Assembly (NCBI GenBank): GCA_977016875.1
Contig: CDRNST010000215.1
Location: 2,046,001 to 2,110,000 of the forward strand
Direction of reading: 5' to 3'
DNA length: 64,000 bases
Source: Pavona decussata
Taxonomy: Eukaryota
The position numbers were made by a program, and so were the translations under genes. The notes beneath the pieces were generated by a model. It saw only the letters and a program-made list of their open reading frames with translations. It was not told where the DNA came from and did no database searches. Positions 62,401 through 64,000 of the stretch are shown piece after piece (the stretch's first letter is position 1; each line of letters starts with the position of its first letter).

Positions 62401-63771
62401 GAGCAATCTTACTTGGCGAAATGGCGGCATTTTTAAAATTCCCATTGCTTGTTCTCATTTCGCGTGGATAAGCCCAAATCAAAATAGATAAGGTTGTCGC
62501 TTTCAGGAAAGGTTCCTTCGAACTTCCTCCATCACATATCTTATTCAACAAAAAAAATATTGAGGTAACAGGTATGAATTTGGCGATTGAAGTGGAGCGT
62601 TCTTAATCGATTCACACTTGAATCTTCGGAGCATGCGCACTCATTTTGCCGCTGTGTCCATTAAAGCATTTTAAGACGTAATTTACCGTTCTTCGTCCAC
62701 GGATGTGTCCAAAATAAGCATTTTTTAGTGCCTCTTCCAACGGGGGACCATTATCAGACTTCTGTAAAGAAAAATAAAGAAAAATAATGAAAAATCAGAA
62801 CCTTAAAAGGAGAGTCATGGGGATTAATATTTGGTATAATTACGTTTATCTCTCAACAGAATCCTATCATTAATGACCCAGTTTTGTTATAAATTACCAC
62901 CTCAGTGCACTAAACTGTCGATGAGTGTCTCTGGACACAGATGGGCTGGATCGAAATGGATTACATTTTGAAATAAGTTAGCATTTTTGTTTCCAAAATG
63001 TACCAGAACGGGTCCCGAGTTGTTTCTTTCAAGAATTCAGTTGAATTCTTTCTCTCGGTGTTCTAGAATTATTTTGCTACCGTATTAGTGAAGTTGTTGT
63101 TTACCATTTTCTTTAAAATAGGTAAAGATTTGATTCTAAAGCTCTCTCTCTGGAACTAGACGTTAGTACACCGACCGGAAAGTGGAACAAGAGGTTCGTG
63201 GGCCACAACTCCGCAATGATCATTACAAACTCGTTCCCAGGGTCTCTCGTCAGCCAGTCTCCGAGAACGAGAAAGGAGAGACCCTGGGAGTGAGTTTGTA
63301 ATCATTACTGTGCCCTTCAATAACACAAAAACCTTGAACTTCAAAACCCAGCTGACGATTGTATTGTCCATCAAAGTCAACCAATCACAGAGCAAGAACG
63401 TTACCACACTTCCGTTGTGTCGACTAAAGGCAGAGAAAGGACGTTGCCGTCGGTGGTCTCAATAAACATCAGTATTTATCTGTTATTGAAGGGGTAATAA
63501 CTATACGCTTTTCCGTAACCGTTTATTAAAGCGCCCAACGTCCGATGTTGCCTTAAGCTAAATCATAATTGGAAAGAGCCGACTTTGCGTCATATAAATC
63601 ACAACTGTGTTTATATTTATTGAATTCACTCACCGTTCGTCTTCCTCTTATGTGACCAAAATATTTGGCGTTTAGTGCCTCGAGTAAAGGAGGACCTTGA
63701 GATTTTTTCTCTGTTTCACAGCTCGCCAGGTAAACCGTGAAGAAGAAGACGACAACAAGTCTTAGAAACAT
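59418..63771 (-). CDS. HIRamide-family neuropeptide precursor (prepro-peptide, about 157 aa, five amidated peptides, six coding exons)
   Basis: Exons: 63634-63771 (signal peptide + ...GPPLLEALNAKYFGHIR-GRRT), 62687-62761 (KSDNGPPLEEALKNAYFGHIR-GRRT), 61757-61831 (DLEDNPPLGEALNTAYLGHFR-GKRT), 61088-61168 (LEGWGINPALREAFLRQVFSHIR-GKRT), 60453-60533 (GGWTSNEDLLAALNNAYLGHIR-GKRQQ), 59418-59441 (DDSKRST-stop, least certain). All introns are GT-AG and phase 0. An acceptor at 63779-63780 implies an upstream 5'UTR exon. AATAAA lies near 59201-59206 on the minus strand. Confidence 0.88.
59477..59655. mobile_element. piggyBac-like MITE copy in the last intron of the neuropeptide gene
   Basis: ttaacccctaatatcaaagaac...cactgttagggttaa. 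Confidence 0.65.
60595..60790 (+). mobile_element. Penelope-like terminal-repeat remnant with a minimal hammerhead-ribozyme-like core
   Basis: CTGACGA (60649-60655), short stem GGGC-CAAT-GCTT, then GAAA (60670-60673). A more decayed copy lies at ~54850-54960. Confidence 0.5.
61935..62255 (+). mobile_element. tRNA-derived SINE, antisense, in an intron of the neuropeptide gene
   Basis: A-box-like GGTGGTATGGTGGTTAGCG and B-box GGTTCGAG, then a conserved-type core ccttagacaagaaact...cacccaggtgtataaatg and a tail ggattagcatcc...gcttcatgctacagaaa. Confidence 0.75.
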
Positions 63772-64000
63772 TATTGGCCTGAAACGAGAAATTTCATCTT
63801 AAATAAAATAGTCAACGATAAAGTCGGATAACGAGGAGGACAGTCGCTAAAATGAGAATAAAGACTGAATAGCTGCTAAACTATGAGATAAAATCTCGAT
63901 CTCTAAACAAAATAAATGTGGTATTAAAGATAATCAATTTTCCAGTAATGAAGCATCATTTACGTTGAACGCTGTCTGTCAGATCAACGTGTCCTCACGC

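Overview
AT-rich, intron-containing animal genomic DNA with three N-gaps. The repeat repertoire and gene content point to an anthozoan cnidarian, probably a stony coral (inference). In order along the window: a decayed tyrosine-recombinase (DIRS/Ngaro-type) retrotransposon with a nested non-LTR fragment; two tandemly duplicated intronless class-A GPCRs; a complete 12-exon EME1 gene (minus strand, about 741 aa) with an unexpected N-terminal CUE-like domain and a Polinton/Maverick remnant in an intron; a repeat-rich, largely non-coding middle containing a candidate divergent spliced transcript and five covarying RNA hairpins; a 70-bp minisatellite with higher-order structure; three probably secreted SGNH-hydrolase-like genes with intronless CDSs; and a multi-exon neuropeptide precursor. 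The precursor is not assembled by the ORF track. Each of its first five coding exons encodes one amidated H[I/F]Ramide peptide, all introns are phase 0, and an orphan sixth peptide exon was captured in a local segmental duplication. All exon structures were read by eye from GT-AG sites and frame continuity; no database searches were run.
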